Below are positions 1-9,024 of a DNA stretch of 32,783 nucleotides, piece after piece. The stretch is from Halobacteroidaceae bacterium (lineage in GTDB: Bacteria; Bacillota; Halanaerobiia; B1SED10-174). Every line of letters begins with the position of its first letter. Position 1 is the stretch's first letter. The notes beneath the pieces were generated by a model, which was given only the letters and a program-made list of their open reading frames with translations, was not told where the DNA came from and did not search any database. Made by a program: the position numbers and the translations under genes. The stretch covers positions 1-32,783 of the forward strand of contig PUKG01000280.1 of NCBI GenBank assembly GCA_003550445.1, given 5' to 3'.

Positions 1-1936
1 AATCATCCTTTTTTTCATTTTCTCCCTCTTCATCACAGGTTTCAGGAGGAATACACTGTAAAAATTGTGATGGGTCTCGTCCAACATTTGCCCCAAATAT
101 TTGTCTCCGCTGAGCCCAGGTAATATAAAGAGTTTCCTGTGCCCTTGTCATCCCAACATAACAAAGCCGGCGTTCCTCTTCAATTTCTTCAGGATCCTCC
201 ATTGACCGGGTATGAGGGCAAAACCCTTCTTCCATTCCAACCATGAAAACCACTGGGAATTCCAACCCCTTTGCTGTATGAAGGGTCATTAAAGTTATCC
301 CGCCCTTGTCCTCTTCATACATATCAATATCTGAAACGAGGGACACCTCAGCAAGGAAATTTTCCAAGCCCTCCCAACCTTCCTCGGGAACATCCTCAAG
401 AACATTAAAAAGTTCCTGGATGTTTTCCATCCTGGATTGGGCTTCAATATTATCACTTTCTGCAAACTGGGCCCAGTAACCTGTTCTTTCCAAAATTTCC
501 TGCAGAAGGTCTCCAAGAACAAGTTTTTCTACTTCTCCCCGCAATTCTTCGATCATATTATAAAAACCGGCTAGGGAATTTTTCTGGCGAGGCCCAAGGG
601 GTAAATCTTTAACCTGCCCTAAAACCCGGTAGGGAGTTGTTCCCCTTTTTAAAGCTTCCTGTTCCAAAGTCTCCAGGGTTGCAGGACCTATTCCTCTCCT
701 GGGAGTATTAACCACCCGGAAAAAACTAAGGGTATCGTCGGGGTTATAAATTAGCTTTAGATAAGCCAGGAGATCCTTGATTTCCATTCTATCATAAAAC
801 TTCATTCCCCCTACTATCCTGTAGGGAATACCTGCCTGGACCAGGGCCGATTCAATAATTCTGGACTGGGCGTTAGTCCGATAGAAAACTGCAATATCCC
901 GGGCAGGAACCCCTTTTTCTTCCAGGTTTTGCACCTCCTGGGCAATAAATGAGGCTTCTTCTTCCCCGCTGTAAAACTCCTTTAAAATAATGGGATTTCC
1001 CTTTCCCTTGCTGGTCCATAAATCCTTTTCTTTTCGCCGGGAATTTGCTGCAATTACTCCCTGGGCTCCGCTTAAAATGTTCTGGTAGGATCGATAGTTT
1101 TCTTCCAACTTTATTGTTTTTGCTCCCGGATAATCCCTTTCAAAACTTAAAATGTTATTAATGTCCGCTCCCCGGAATCCATAAATTCCCTGGTCGGGAT
1201 CCCCCACAACTGTAAGGTTCCCCTTTTTTCCAGCAAGCAGGCTAATCCATCGATATTGAGCATGGTTAACATCCTGGTATTCGTCTACCAGAATGTAACC
1301 AAACCTGTTCTGGTAGGCTGACCTGACCTCGGGTTCTTGCAAAAGAAGTTTTACCGCAACCATTATCAGATCATCAAAATCCAGGGCATTGGATTTTTTT
1401 AGTTCCTTTTGGTACTCGGTATATACATTGTAAACATTCTCCTGGAAAAAATCGTGGACAGTTGAACCCATTTGCTTGGGTTCTTTCAGTTCACTCTTTA
1501 ACCGAGAAATTTCCTGCTGAATTGCTCCAGGCTTTATTGTCTGGGTATCAAGGTTGATTTTTTTCATAATATTTTTAATCAGGGTTCTGGAATCCTGGGA
1601 ATCATAGATGACAAAATTCGGGGAAAACCCGATTCGATTTATCTCCCGGCGAAGAATTCGGACCGAGAGAGAATGAAAGGTTCCCATCCAGATATCCGAG
1701 GTGTCAAGCCCGATTAGCCGGTAAATTCGATTCTTCATTTCTTCAGCAGCTTTATTAGTAAAGGTAACCCCTAAAATATTCCGGGGATTAATTCCCTTTT
1801 CCTTAATCAGGTAAGCTATCCGGTGGGTTAACACCCTTGTTTTTCCGCTACCGGCCCCGGCAAGGATTAATAGAGGCCCATCCCCGTGGGTAACGGCCTC
1901 TTTTTGGGGTCGATTTAGGTTTGTTAGTATTCTCAT
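1..1936 (-). CDS. pcrA: ATP-dependent DNA helicase PcrA/UvrD (SF1). About 645 N-terminal codons are present; the C-terminus runs off the left edge.
   Basis: Absent from the ORF track because it has no in-window stop. My reverse-strand translation from ATG 1936-1934 stays open to position 2: MRILTNLNRPQKEAVTHGDGPLLILAGAGSGKTRVLTHRIAYL... Motifs seen: Walker A AGAGSGKT, LVDEYQD, VVGDPDQGIYGFRGA, ENYRS, TLHTAKGLEFPVVF, YVGMTRA. Confidence 0.93.
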   Translation of the reverse strand, partial: MRILTNLNRPQKEAVTHGDGPLLILAGAGSGKTRVLTHRIAYLIKEKGINPRNILGVTFTNKAAEEMKNRIYRLIGLDTSDIWMGTFHSLSVRILRREINRIGFSPNFVIYDSQDSRTLIKNIMKKINLDTQTIKPGAIQQEISRLKSELKEPKQMGSTVHDFFQENVYNVYTEYQKELKKSNALDFDDLIMVAVKLLLQEPEVRSAYQNRFGYILVDEYQDVNHAQYRWISLLAGKKGNLTVVGDPDQGIYGFRGADINNILSFERDYPGAKTIKLEENYRSYQNILSGAQGVIAANSRRKEKDLWTSKGKGNPIILKEFYSGEEEASFIAQEVQNLEEKGVPARDIAVFYRTNAQSRIIESALVQAGIPYRIVGGMKFYDRMEIKDLLAYLKLIYNPDDTLSFFRVVNTPRRGIGPATLETLEQEALKRGTTPYRVLGQVKDLPLGPRQKNSLAGFYNMIEELRGEVEKLVLGDLLQEILERTGYWAQFAESDNIEAQSRMENIQELFNVLEDVPEEGWEGLENFLAEVSLVSDIDMYEEDKGGITLMTLHTAKGLEFPVVFMVGMEEGFCPHTRSMEDPEEIEEERRLCYVGMTRAQETLYITWAQRRQIFGANVGRDPSQFLQCIPPETCDEEGENEKKDD

Positions 1937-2556
1937 CTAACCAAACACTCCTCGTCTCTGCCTTGACTTTACAGGGTAAGAAAAGTAAACTGTTTATAGG
2001 ATTATCTTTGAAAGGACTGGTTTCTTTGCCCAAAGGATTAAAACTACCTTACACGGGAATTTTCCTTTTGTTTACCGGGATTTTTTTGCTGAGCAGAGCA
2101 ATCGGGTTGTGGGATCAATTCCCATTTCTATATAATACAGAATCCTTCCTTCTTATTTCCTCTATTTTGTTTCTCTTATTCTACTTGCTTTCCGGGAGAA
2201 GACAGGGTTACCTGGTAACCGGGCTAATCCTTCTATCCCTATCAAGCACAATTTTTTTACCAGGGAAAGTTAGTTTCCCGCCCTTTCTGGCTGAAACCCT
2301 TTTCTTCCACCTGTTAAGCCTTGCCTTTATTCTGGTTTTTTTAATTCATACCAGAACCTTAAAGGACAAAAACAAGCGAAACTGGCCCTTTTATCCGGCA
2401 ATTTTATTATTCGGAACCGGGGTCCTGATTTACCTTCTGGATACGGAAATCCTTCCCGTCACTTTTTTGCAGCGATTTGACATTTTATGGCCGCTGGCCT
2501 TGATTTCAGTAGGTTTTTATCTGGTCATTAATTATCTTGCTCGACGGGGCTCTTAA
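1921..2556 (+). CDS. Hypothetical polytopic membrane protein, family not recognised
   Basis: It is the only long ORF in the roughly 590-bp space between the pcrA start and the convergent 897-aa gene. It is Leu/Phe/Ile-rich with about 6 hydrophobic spans (GIFLLFTGIFLL, FLLISSILFLLFYLL, LVTGLILLSLSS, LLSLAFILVFLI, AILLFGTGVLIYLL, LWPLALISVGFYLVI). The track start (TTG 1921) overlaps the pcrA start codon, so in-frame TTG 2008 or 2026 are more plausible starts. Confidence 0.55.
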   Translation: MLVFSSNQTLLVSALTLQGKKSKLFIGLSLKGLVSLPKGLKLPYTGIFLLFTGIFLLSRAIGLWDQFPFLYNTESFLLISSILFLLFYLLSGRRQGYLVTGLILLSLSSTIFLPGKVSFPPFLAETLFFHLLSLAFILVFLIHTRTLKDKNKRNWPFYPAILLFGTGVLIYLLDTEILPVTFLQRFDILWPLALISVGFYLVINYLARRGS

Positions 2557-5221
2557 AATATTCCTCGCCGATAGTACGGACAAACCCTCCCAGGTTAAAC
2601 CGGAAATATCCACGGAAATCCTCATCAGTATTATAAGAAACTCCACCGACCAGCTCCAGGGGAATTCTACCCTGGAGTAATTCTATTTCTAAAATCCCTT
2701 CCAGGCCCCCACCAAATCTATCAACTCGAGTTCCTTCTACCCAGCTAGACCCTCTTTCGATATAGGGGCGGGCCCTTAAACTATCCAGGAAAACAGGAAA
2801 CTCCCCTCGTCCCCTTTTTATTTTCAGGACTCTTTGGGTAAGTTCCAGGCGGTTTAACCAGATCATCTCTCCCTGCAGGGAAGTAGAAAAACTTCTCATG
2901 GAAGTACTTACCTGGTAATCTCCTGGAGCAAGACCTCCCAGGGTTGATATTCCAAGGGTTGTTCCCCGCCAGGGGCTTACCCTCGCAAAACCCTGTCCGA
3001 TCAGCTGTGTATCCCAGCCTTCGGCAAACCAGCTTGATCCATCTAAAGCATATCCCAGATTCATATTGAACCTGTCCTCACCCCGGGTAAATTGCTGAGT
3101 CCAGCCCAGATGGATTCCCGGATAAATCATATCCGGAAGGAAGTAAGATCCGCCCCCAATCCGGAAGTTTGCTGCTGAAAACAAGTTCCGTTGCACAGGG
3201 AAGTGTAAAAGAAACTGCCCTCCATCAAATCGCCGGGGATCAGAAAATTCCACAGGCCCCACCCGGGAAGTCCATCCACCCTGTAAAAGAGTTTCAATTT
3301 GGCCTATTCTTCCCTGATCGGGGTAAATTCCCGTATAAAAACTGTAAACCGGAGCAATCGGGAAACCAGAAGCAACACTGGCCTCATAATATACCAGTTG
3401 CAAAGGATCCCAACCAAACATGTTAAAACCAAAAATCCCTTCTGATGTCCAGGGTATAACAAGCCTCGGAGTTAATTTGCTAAAAAGGGGATAGTTTTGG
3501 CTTGTCCTTCTTACTTCTCTCATTTCCCTTAAATCTTCATCTTCTTCTGGAACAAAAAAGGTCAGGTCCCTGGGAAGCCACTCTTCTCTTTCAATCCTAT
3601 CCTCTTTTACCTGATAACCCTGGGCGGTCAGGACTACAAAATAATCCCTGTTCTCCCCGGGACCGATATCAAAAGTTCCATAAGGGTTTGAGGTAACCTG
3701 CCAGAATTCCCCGGTTTCAAAATCATGGGCCAGTACCTGGGGAGGGCCACCAAGGCCGGCTATAGTATAAAGGTAGGAACCATCTGCCGACCAAACGGGG
3801 CGGTGTAAATTTCCTTCCCGGACAAAAGTGGTCTCCAGGTAACCGGTTGTTGTATTGTAAATCCATAAACCCCTTTTTCCTCCTTCAACCCAAACCTCAA
3901 TTGCCAGTTTTTCTCCAGAGGGATCCCAGGCAAGGGCCCCATAATCAATTTCTGGCCGGTTATAAAAAAGGGTTTCTTTTTTCCCGGTTTCAACATTGAA
4001 AACAGAAATTTGATTTCCATCAATTAAATTTTCTACAAAAGCAATCTCTCCCCCTGAGGACCAGGCGGGATGCCTCCCTCCCCGGTGGGAAGTAATTTGC
4101 TCCCGATTGCCTGTTTCAAGGTCATAAATATAAATTTGATGGTACATTTCTTTTAACCCTTCTGGGGTTTGGGTTGCAAAAGCAATTTTTTTTCCATCAG
4201 GAGACCAGGCCGGTCTTCCTCCGTAAATTCCCGAGCCTGAAACAACCTGCTGATCTTTTTGTCCATCATAAAGCCTCAGGGAAGGGAAAAATTCTCCCTG
4301 GTGAAAATAAAGAACTCTATCAGTCTGGGGACAAGTTGATAGGTTTTGGTTATAACCCCAGGCGGAAGTAATTGTTTCCTGTGGATCAACGCTGCCAATT
4401 GATGTTAACATATCCTGCCATTCAATATACGTTTCTTCAAGGTCATCACCTGTAAGGTAATTAAACCATCCGGAGATGCCTCTAAAGGGGTTGTCGGGAT
4501 ATTTCCGGGCAAGATCAACAATTAGTTCTTCTCCATAAATATCAATTAAATAGGCCATAAACCAGGCACCATAATTATAAGCAGCCATGGGCCCCGGCCA
4601 TGATTCAAGATTATAAAGCCCCTGAATCTGGTCAAAGTAATACAACTCTCCAGCATCTGCCTGGGCCCTGAGCATTGACTCAATTACCGGACTCTGAGAA
4701 CGCCCTCCTTCAGTTAAATCCGTTTCAACTGTCATGGCAAACCCTTCAATAAACCAGTAGGGTTGAAGAATAATTGGGGGAAAGATCTGGGAAACCCAAC
4801 CCCAGGGAAGCAACCTTTCAGGTGGCATTGATAGTTGGAGGATATGAGCATATTCATGGGCAATAAGTAACCGGAGATAACTTTCGTAATCTCCAAAACC
4901 ACCTTCCAAATTAAACTGGCCAAGATAGATCCCAATCCTTCTGTCCCAGGAAATATCAGCCCATCCCCCGGCTGTATCTCTCTCGGAAAAAATTATCAGA
5001 TCGGTTTTTCTTTTGGGTTCAAAATTCAAAAAACCGGTAAGCTGAACATGGACATCTTCAGCAATTTCTGCAGCCTGATTGGCGGGACCTTCAAGGCCAG
5101 CAGGGAAATAAACCCTAAAATTTTCGGTTTCAATTTGCTGCCAGTTGAAAAACATTGCACCCTCAACGGGTTGAACCAGAACAACCATCAAAACCAGGGA
5201 AAAAAGAATAGTTTTTAGCAT
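2528..5221 (-). CDS. Secreted multidomain protein: HExxH zinc-metalloprotease-like domain, TolB-like PD40 beta-propeller repeats, and a C-terminal beta-barrel-like domain
   Basis: Signal peptide MLKTILFSLVLMVVLVQPVEGA. HEYAH is encoded at 4844-4858, which I verified as CAT GAA TAT GCT CAT on the minus strand. PD40-like repeats: RPAWSPDGKKIAFA, HPAWSSGGEIAFV, ALAWDPSGEKLAIE, RPVWSADGSYLYT. The last ~330 aa are Gly/aromatic-rich with an alternating pattern and end ...GYFRFNLGGF plus a 17-aa tail. I moved the start from track TTG 5230 to ATG 5221, because AAGGAG lies 10 nt upstream of the ATG but only 1 nt from the TTG. Confidence 0.8.
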   Translation of the reverse strand: MLKTILFSLVLMVVLVQPVEGAMFFNWQQIETENFRVYFPAGLEGPANQAAEIAEDVHVQLTGFLNFEPKRKTDLIIFSERDTAGGWADISWDRRIGIYLGQFNLEGGFGDYESYLRLLIAHEYAHILQLSMPPERLLPWGWVSQIFPPIILQPYWFIEGFAMTVETDLTEGGRSQSPVIESMLRAQADAGELYYFDQIQGLYNLESWPGPMAAYNYGAWFMAYLIDIYGEELIVDLARKYPDNPFRGISGWFNYLTGDDLEETYIEWQDMLTSIGSVDPQETITSAWGYNQNLSTCPQTDRVLYFHQGEFFPSLRLYDGQKDQQVVSGSGIYGGRPAWSPDGKKIAFATQTPEGLKEMYHQIYIYDLETGNREQITSHRGGRHPAWSSGGEIAFVENLIDGNQISVFNVETGKKETLFYNRPEIDYGALAWDPSGEKLAIEVWVEGGKRGLWIYNTTTGYLETTFVREGNLHRPVWSADGSYLYTIAGLGGPPQVLAHDFETGEFWQVTSNPYGTFDIGPGENRDYFVVLTAQGYQVKEDRIEREEWLPRDLTFFVPEEDEDLREMREVRRTSQNYPLFSKLTPRLVIPWTSEGIFGFNMFGWDPLQLVYYEASVASGFPIAPVYSFYTGIYPDQGRIGQIETLLQGGWTSRVGPVEFSDPRRFDGGQFLLHFPVQRNLFSAANFRIGGGSYFLPDMIYPGIHLGWTQQFTRGEDRFNMNLGYALDGSSWFAEGWDTQLIGQGFARVSPWRGTTLGISTLGGLAPGDYQVSTSMRSFSTSLQGEMIWLNRLELTQRVLKIKRGRGEFPVFLDSLRARPYIERGSSWVEGTRVDRFGGGLEGILEIELLQGRIPLELVGGVSYNTDEDFRGYFRFNLGGFVRTIGEEYFKSPVEQDN

Positions 5222-5240
5222 ACCCGGCAAACTCCTTCCC

Positions 5241-5269
5241 TTTACAAATACTTTTTCAAATGATATACT
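5241..5269 (+). promoter_or_regulatory. Sigma-70-type promoter for tRNA-Pro
   Basis: TTTACA (5241-5246), a 17-nt spacer, then TATACT (5264-5269), with an extended -10 TG at 5261-5262. It lies about 15 nt upstream of the mature tRNA 5' end. Confidence 0.6.
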
Positions 5270-5283
5270 CTAATATGAAAATG

Positions 5284-5360
5284 CGGAGCGTAGCGCAGCT
5301 TGGAAGCGCGCTGTCTTCGGGAGGCAGAGGCCCCGGGTTCAAATCCCGGCGCTCCGACCA
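5284..5360 (+). tRNA. tRNA-Pro (anticodon CGG), 77 nt, with encoded CCA
   Basis: Hand-folded cloverleaf: acceptor CGGAGCG/CGCTCCG, D stem GCGC/GCGC, anticodon stem CTGTC/GGCAG with loop TTCGGGA (CGG), T stem CCGGG/CCCGG with loop TTCAAAT, discriminator A, then CCA. C1:G72 with A73 is the bacterial tRNA-Pro signature. Confidence 0.93.
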
Positions 5361-5372
5361 GTTATAATATTT

Positions 5373-5402
5373 CCCCGGCCCAATTTTAGGCCGGGGTTTT
5401 TT
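5373..5402 (+). terminator. Rho-independent terminator after tRNA-Pro; may also act on the convergent minus-strand gene
   Basis: CCCCGGCC (5373-5380), loop CAATTTTA, GGCCGGGG (5389-5396), followed by TTTTTT. Confidence 0.8.
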
Positions 5403-5409
5403 GTTTTTT

Positions 5410-6318
5410 CTAACCCCGGGCTATCCAGGGCTTATTGGTTCCAAAACGGCTTTTCAGGGTAACACCAAGGGCAATCATATAAATCAAGGCCATTATCACA
5501 GCGTGGATCGGGCCTCCGATAAATGGGACAAGCCTGATTAAAAGCCTGACAATAAAAATTCCCAGTAAACCAACTACCGCTACACCAATTACCTTTTCAT
5601 CCTTACGGCCAAATTTTTCCAAAAGCCACTCTCCCAAAAGGAAAAATATTCCCACCTGTCCTAAAATTATGGCCAGGTAATACCCCAACAAAACAATTAA
5701 AGCCAGAGGGATCCCCAAGATTGTTATTATTAAAAACAGAACAGCCGGGACCAAAAGAATGAAACCTAAAAATCCAACAAGAAGTGACATTCCCCATTCT
5801 CTTTTTAACGTTGAGGCTACACCCCTGACATTATTGGAAAATAAAAAGGCTACAAGAAGGGTAAAAAGTAGCTGGTAAAAAAATCCAAAAACCGATCCCC
5901 ATGCCGAAACAACCGGTCTAAAAACCCAGCCGGGAAACCCTACCCGGAAAGGTTCAGTTATGCCATAACTACGGAAACTTCCTCCAATCTGAACCTGGGG
6001 ATCTCTCCAAACTGAACCTCCTACCTGGACAAGATCTCCTTCAACACTTGAACCTCTTTCCATGCGCAGGTTCCCACCAACATTTACAAGATCCCCCGTT
6101 ATCCGACCTTCAACCAGGGCATCGCCGCCAATACTTATTAAATCCCCCTCTATCGTTCCAAAAACTTCCACTCGTCCCCCAAATATAACAAGATCTCCAA
6201 AAACTGTCTCATCCGGTCCTACAGTTCTGCTTCCCCCAAAAGTAACACCTGAGCCTGCCTGGACAATACCAGAAAATAAAAAAATTAATGCTAAAACCAT
6301 AAATAACCGGTATTTCAT
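5410..6318 (-). CDS. Membrane protein with an exported bactofilin-like beta-helix repeat domain and a C-terminal multi-TM region
   Basis: Signal peptide MKYRLFMVLALIFLFSGIVQA. It has about five 17-18-aa repeats of the form xxGDLxxxGGxxxVxG (VFGDLVIFGGRVEVFGT / IEGDLISIGGDALVEGR / ITGDLVNVGGNLRMERG / VEGDLVQVGGSVWRD). These are followed by 4-5 hydrophobic helices. Start set at ATG 6318 (GGAGG 8 nt upstream) rather than track GTG 6327. Confidence 0.7.
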   Translation of the reverse strand: MKYRLFMVLALIFLFSGIVQAGSGVTFGGSRTVGPDETVFGDLVIFGGRVEVFGTIEGDLISIGGDALVEGRITGDLVNVGGNLRMERGSSVEGDLVQVGGSVWRDPQVQIGGSFRSYGITEPFRVGFPGWVFRPVVSAWGSVFGFFYQLLFTLLVAFLFSNNVRGVASTLKREWGMSLLVGFLGFILLVPAVLFLIITILGIPLALIVLLGYYLAIILGQVGIFFLLGEWLLEKFGRKDEKVIGVAVVGLLGIFIVRLLIRLVPFIGGPIHAVIMALIYMIALGVTLKSRFGTNKPWIARG

Positions 6319-6390
6319 CCAAGCCACCTCCTCTCTTTTCTCCTATAAGTTTAGCTTTTTCTTTTGGTTTTGTAAAGAAATTTTTTCCTT

Positions 6391-7626
6391 TTATCTTTCC
6401 TGTTCTGCAGCCTGAATTTCAAGGCCCCGGAACATGAAATAAAAGAAAATTGTTGAGAAGATATAAAAAATAGCTGCAACCTGGAAAACAAACTGGTAAC
6501 TAAAGCCAGCAATTAACATTCCGCTAATTGGCCCGCAAATGGTCCAACCCAGCTGAAAAACCAGTTGATGTAGGCTGGTAGCAGTTCCTTTCATTTTATC
6601 TGAAACATTATCCATCATTAGGTTCATGGTAATGGGGTTAGCAGAATTCATCATACTGCCCCGGAAAAGAAAAGCAATTAGAGCAAGTATTAACAGGTTA
6701 GTATTTCCGAGTATCAACAGAAAAACAATTGATAAACCCTGAAGGGTACAGATTGCAGGAACCCTTCCCAGCTTTTGCGCCAGGGGTGGCCCGATTAGCA
6801 TGGCCAAGGCCATTGCGGCCTGCCCACCCGCCATAATTGTACCGATTCTACCTGTGGTCAACCCAAAAACATGGGCAAAATAAAGGTTAAAATATGGAAC
6901 AATTAAACCTGCTCCCAGGCCTAAAAGGAGGGAAGCAAGAACAAACTTAAAAATCGTTTTTTTCTCCGGGGTTTCTTTTAAACGTCTGGCAAACCCTGTC
7001 CAGCTCTGGCTACTTCCTTTCTTTTTCTCCTTAATCCGAATTAAAGGAAAGAGGGCAACAATGGAGATTCCCCCGGCAAGAAAAAGGGCAACCTGCTTAC
7101 TCCAAACCGGAGCCATTCCCAAAATTATCTCCAATGAATCCGCAAGCCAGCCTCCCCCAACATTCCCCAGCATAGTGGAAAACATCATCAATGACCAGCT
7201 CAAACTAAACAGATGCATTCTTTCCCGGGGTCCTGCGTTTTCGGAAATAAAGGGGGGGTTGGTAACCATAAAAATTGCCTGCCCCAGGCCAAAGGTAAAG
7301 GAAAAAAACAGAATGGGAAAATTGGTTTCCACCAGGGCAACTCCAAGGAGTCCTACCCCAACCAGCAGAACTCCTCCTGACATTACAGGTTTCCGCCCTT
7401 TATTATCACTGATAATTCCCGCTGGAATCAAAACAATAACTGCGGCCAGGGCTTTTAAAGAAACAGTTTGCCCCACAAATGCTTCTGTAAAACCAAGATC
7501 CCGCAGGTACAGGTTGAAAATAACCATGTGGACACCCCGGGCCATGGCTGAAAGGCAGAGAGCCAGGAACATCCTCTTGATATTTGGACTGGCCTGGCCC
7601 AGGGAATTAATATATTGCTTAACCAC
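6391..7626 (-). CDS. MFS transporter
   Basis: 411 aa with about 12 hydrophobic spans. The MFS motif-A-like GIISDNKGRKPVM sits between TM2 and TM3. GTG start with AAAGGAAG upstream. Confidence 0.85.
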   Translation of the reverse strand: MVKQYINSLGQASPNIKRMFLALCLSAMARGVHMVIFNLYLRDLGFTEAFVGQTVSLKALAAVIVLIPAGIISDNKGRKPVMSGGVLLVGVGLLGVALVETNFPILFFSFTFGLGQAIFMVTNPPFISENAGPRERMHLFSLSWSLMMFSTMLGNVGGGWLADSLEIILGMAPVWSKQVALFLAGGISIVALFPLIRIKEKKKGSSQSWTGFARRLKETPEKKTIFKFVLASLLLGLGAGLIVPYFNLYFAHVFGLTTGRIGTIMAGGQAAMALAMLIGPPLAQKLGRVPAICTLQGLSIVFLLILGNTNLLILALIAFLFRGSMMNSANPITMNLMMDNVSDKMKGTATSLHQLVFQLGWTICGPISGMLIAGFSYQFVFQVAAIFYIFSTIFFYFMFRGLEIQAAEQER

Positions 7627-7644
7627 CGTGATTTCTTCCTTTCT

Positions 7645-9024
7645 CTAATTCAAACGTTTTTTTATCTCCTGCCCGATTATCCATCCTGATACTGAAGCCT
7701 GCATTAATCCCCTGGTAATTCCTGCTCCATCCCCTCCAGCGAACAGATTGGGGATTTTTGTCTCCAGGGAAGGGGAAACTTCAATTCGGGAAGAGTAGAA
7801 CTTAACCTCAACACCGTATAAAAGGGTATTTCGAGAAAATATTCCCGGTGCCATTTTATCAAGGGCTTCCAGCATTTCGATAAGGGATTTTAGGTGCCTG
7901 TATGGAAGGACCAGGCTTAAGTCCCCTGGAGTTGCTTCTGTTAAGGTTGGCTCTACCTGCCCCCTGATTATTCTTTGTTCAGTCGATCTCCTTCCAGCAA
8001 GGAGGTCTCCGAGTCTCTGGACCAGAACTCCCCCACCCAATAAGTTTGCCAGGCGGGCAATATAGCGACCGTATTTGATTGGATCTTTAAAGGGCTGGGT
8101 AAAACTTTTACTCACCAGCAGGGCAAAGTTGGTGTTTTTTGTTTTATAGTCCGAATGGCTGTGCCCGTTTACGGTAATCAAGCCCTGGTTATTTTCCTGG
8201 ACAACCTCTCCGTTTGGACACATACAAAAAGTCCTAACCCTATCGTCAAAAGTCTGGGAATAATAAAGGAGTTTGGGTTCGTACACATCCCTGGTAATAT
8301 CATCGGTTACAACGGCAGGAACCTCAACCCGAATTCCGATGTCAACGGGATTAACTGCAAGTTTCATTTTTAAACGGTTTGCTTCGGACTCAAACCATTC
8401 AGCGTTTTCCCTTCCGGGAGCAACCATTACAAAATCTCCAGAGATTAATTCTCCTTTTCCAGTTACAACTCCAGTGACCTTACCCTCTTCAACCTGTATC
8501 TTATCCACCCGACTATTGGTTAAAACTTCAACTCCTTTTTCCTTGAGCCGATTGTACATTTTCTGGAGGATTTCTTTACTGTAACCCGTTCCAAGGTGGC
8601 GAAGGGGGGCAGCAACAAACTTCATTTCTGCCATCAGGGCTTTCTTTTGTAGTTGCTCTACCTTTTCAGGAGCGGCACCAAAAATATGCTCCGGAGCCCC
8701 AAACTCGCGGTATATAGTGTCAACCTCCCCAATCAATGAATCAAGTCGGTTACTCCCAATATACTCAGCAAGGTTTCCGCCTACATCTCCGGAAAGGGTC
8801 AGTTTACCATCACTATAGGCTCCGGCACCACCCCAACCACAAACAATTGAACAATTGTCACATTGAACACAGCGCCCATCCTTTTCTTTTGAGGGGCAGT
8901 ACCTTTTCTCAAGGGATTTACCTTTTTCTATAATCAAAATACTTTTTTTGGTATCCATTAAATTTAATGCACAAAAAATTCCCGCTGGACCTGCTCCTAC
9001 AATTATTACATCATATTTTTTCAT
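7645..9024 (-). CDS. NAD(P)/FAD-dependent oxidoreductase (COG2509-type uncharacterised FAD dehydrogenase)
   Basis: Rossmann motif MKKYDVIIVGAGPAGIFCAL. Cys cluster CPSKEKDGRCVQCDNCSIVCGWGGAGAYSDGKL. C-terminal GGDGAGITRG. Start moved to ATG 9024 (GAGGAGGG 5 nt upstream); the track start at 9075 adds 17 unsupported residues. Confidence 0.85.
   Translation of the reverse strand: MKKYDVIIVGAGPAGIFCALNLMDTKKSILIIEKGKSLEKRYCPSKEKDGRCVQCDNCSIVCGWGGAGAYSDGKLTLSGDVGGNLAEYIGSNRLDSLIGEVDTIYREFGAPEHIFGAAPEKVEQLQKKALMAEMKFVAAPLRHLGTGYSKEILQKMYNRLKEKGVEVLTNSRVDKIQVEEGKVTGVVTGKGELISGDFVMVAPGRENAEWFESEANRLKMKLAVNPVDIGIRVEVPAVVTDDITRDVYEPKLLYYSQTFDDRVRTFCMCPNGEVVQENNQGLITVNGHSHSDYKTKNTNFALLVSKSFTQPFKDPIKYGRYIARLANLLGGGVLVQRLGDLLAGRRSTEQRIIRGQVEPTLTEATPGDLSLVLPYRHLKSLIEMLEALDKMAPGIFSRNTLLYGVEVKFYSSRIEVSPSLETKIPNLFAGGDGAGITRGLMQASVSGWIIGQEIKKRLN

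Noticed and set aside
295-2033. Track ORFs 295-522 (75 aa) and 1848-2033 (61 aa) on the minus strand.
   Set aside because: Both are alternative-frame ORFs lying within or across the start of the clearly open pcrA reading frame. Neither has recognisable motifs.
6062-7648. Plus-strand ORFs 6062-6415 (117 aa) and 7061-7648 (195 aa).
   Set aside because: They are antisense to the beta-helix membrane protein and the MFS transporter. Their Pro/Arg/Thr/Ser-rich translations are typical of the reverse frame of hydrophobic or Gly-rich genes.
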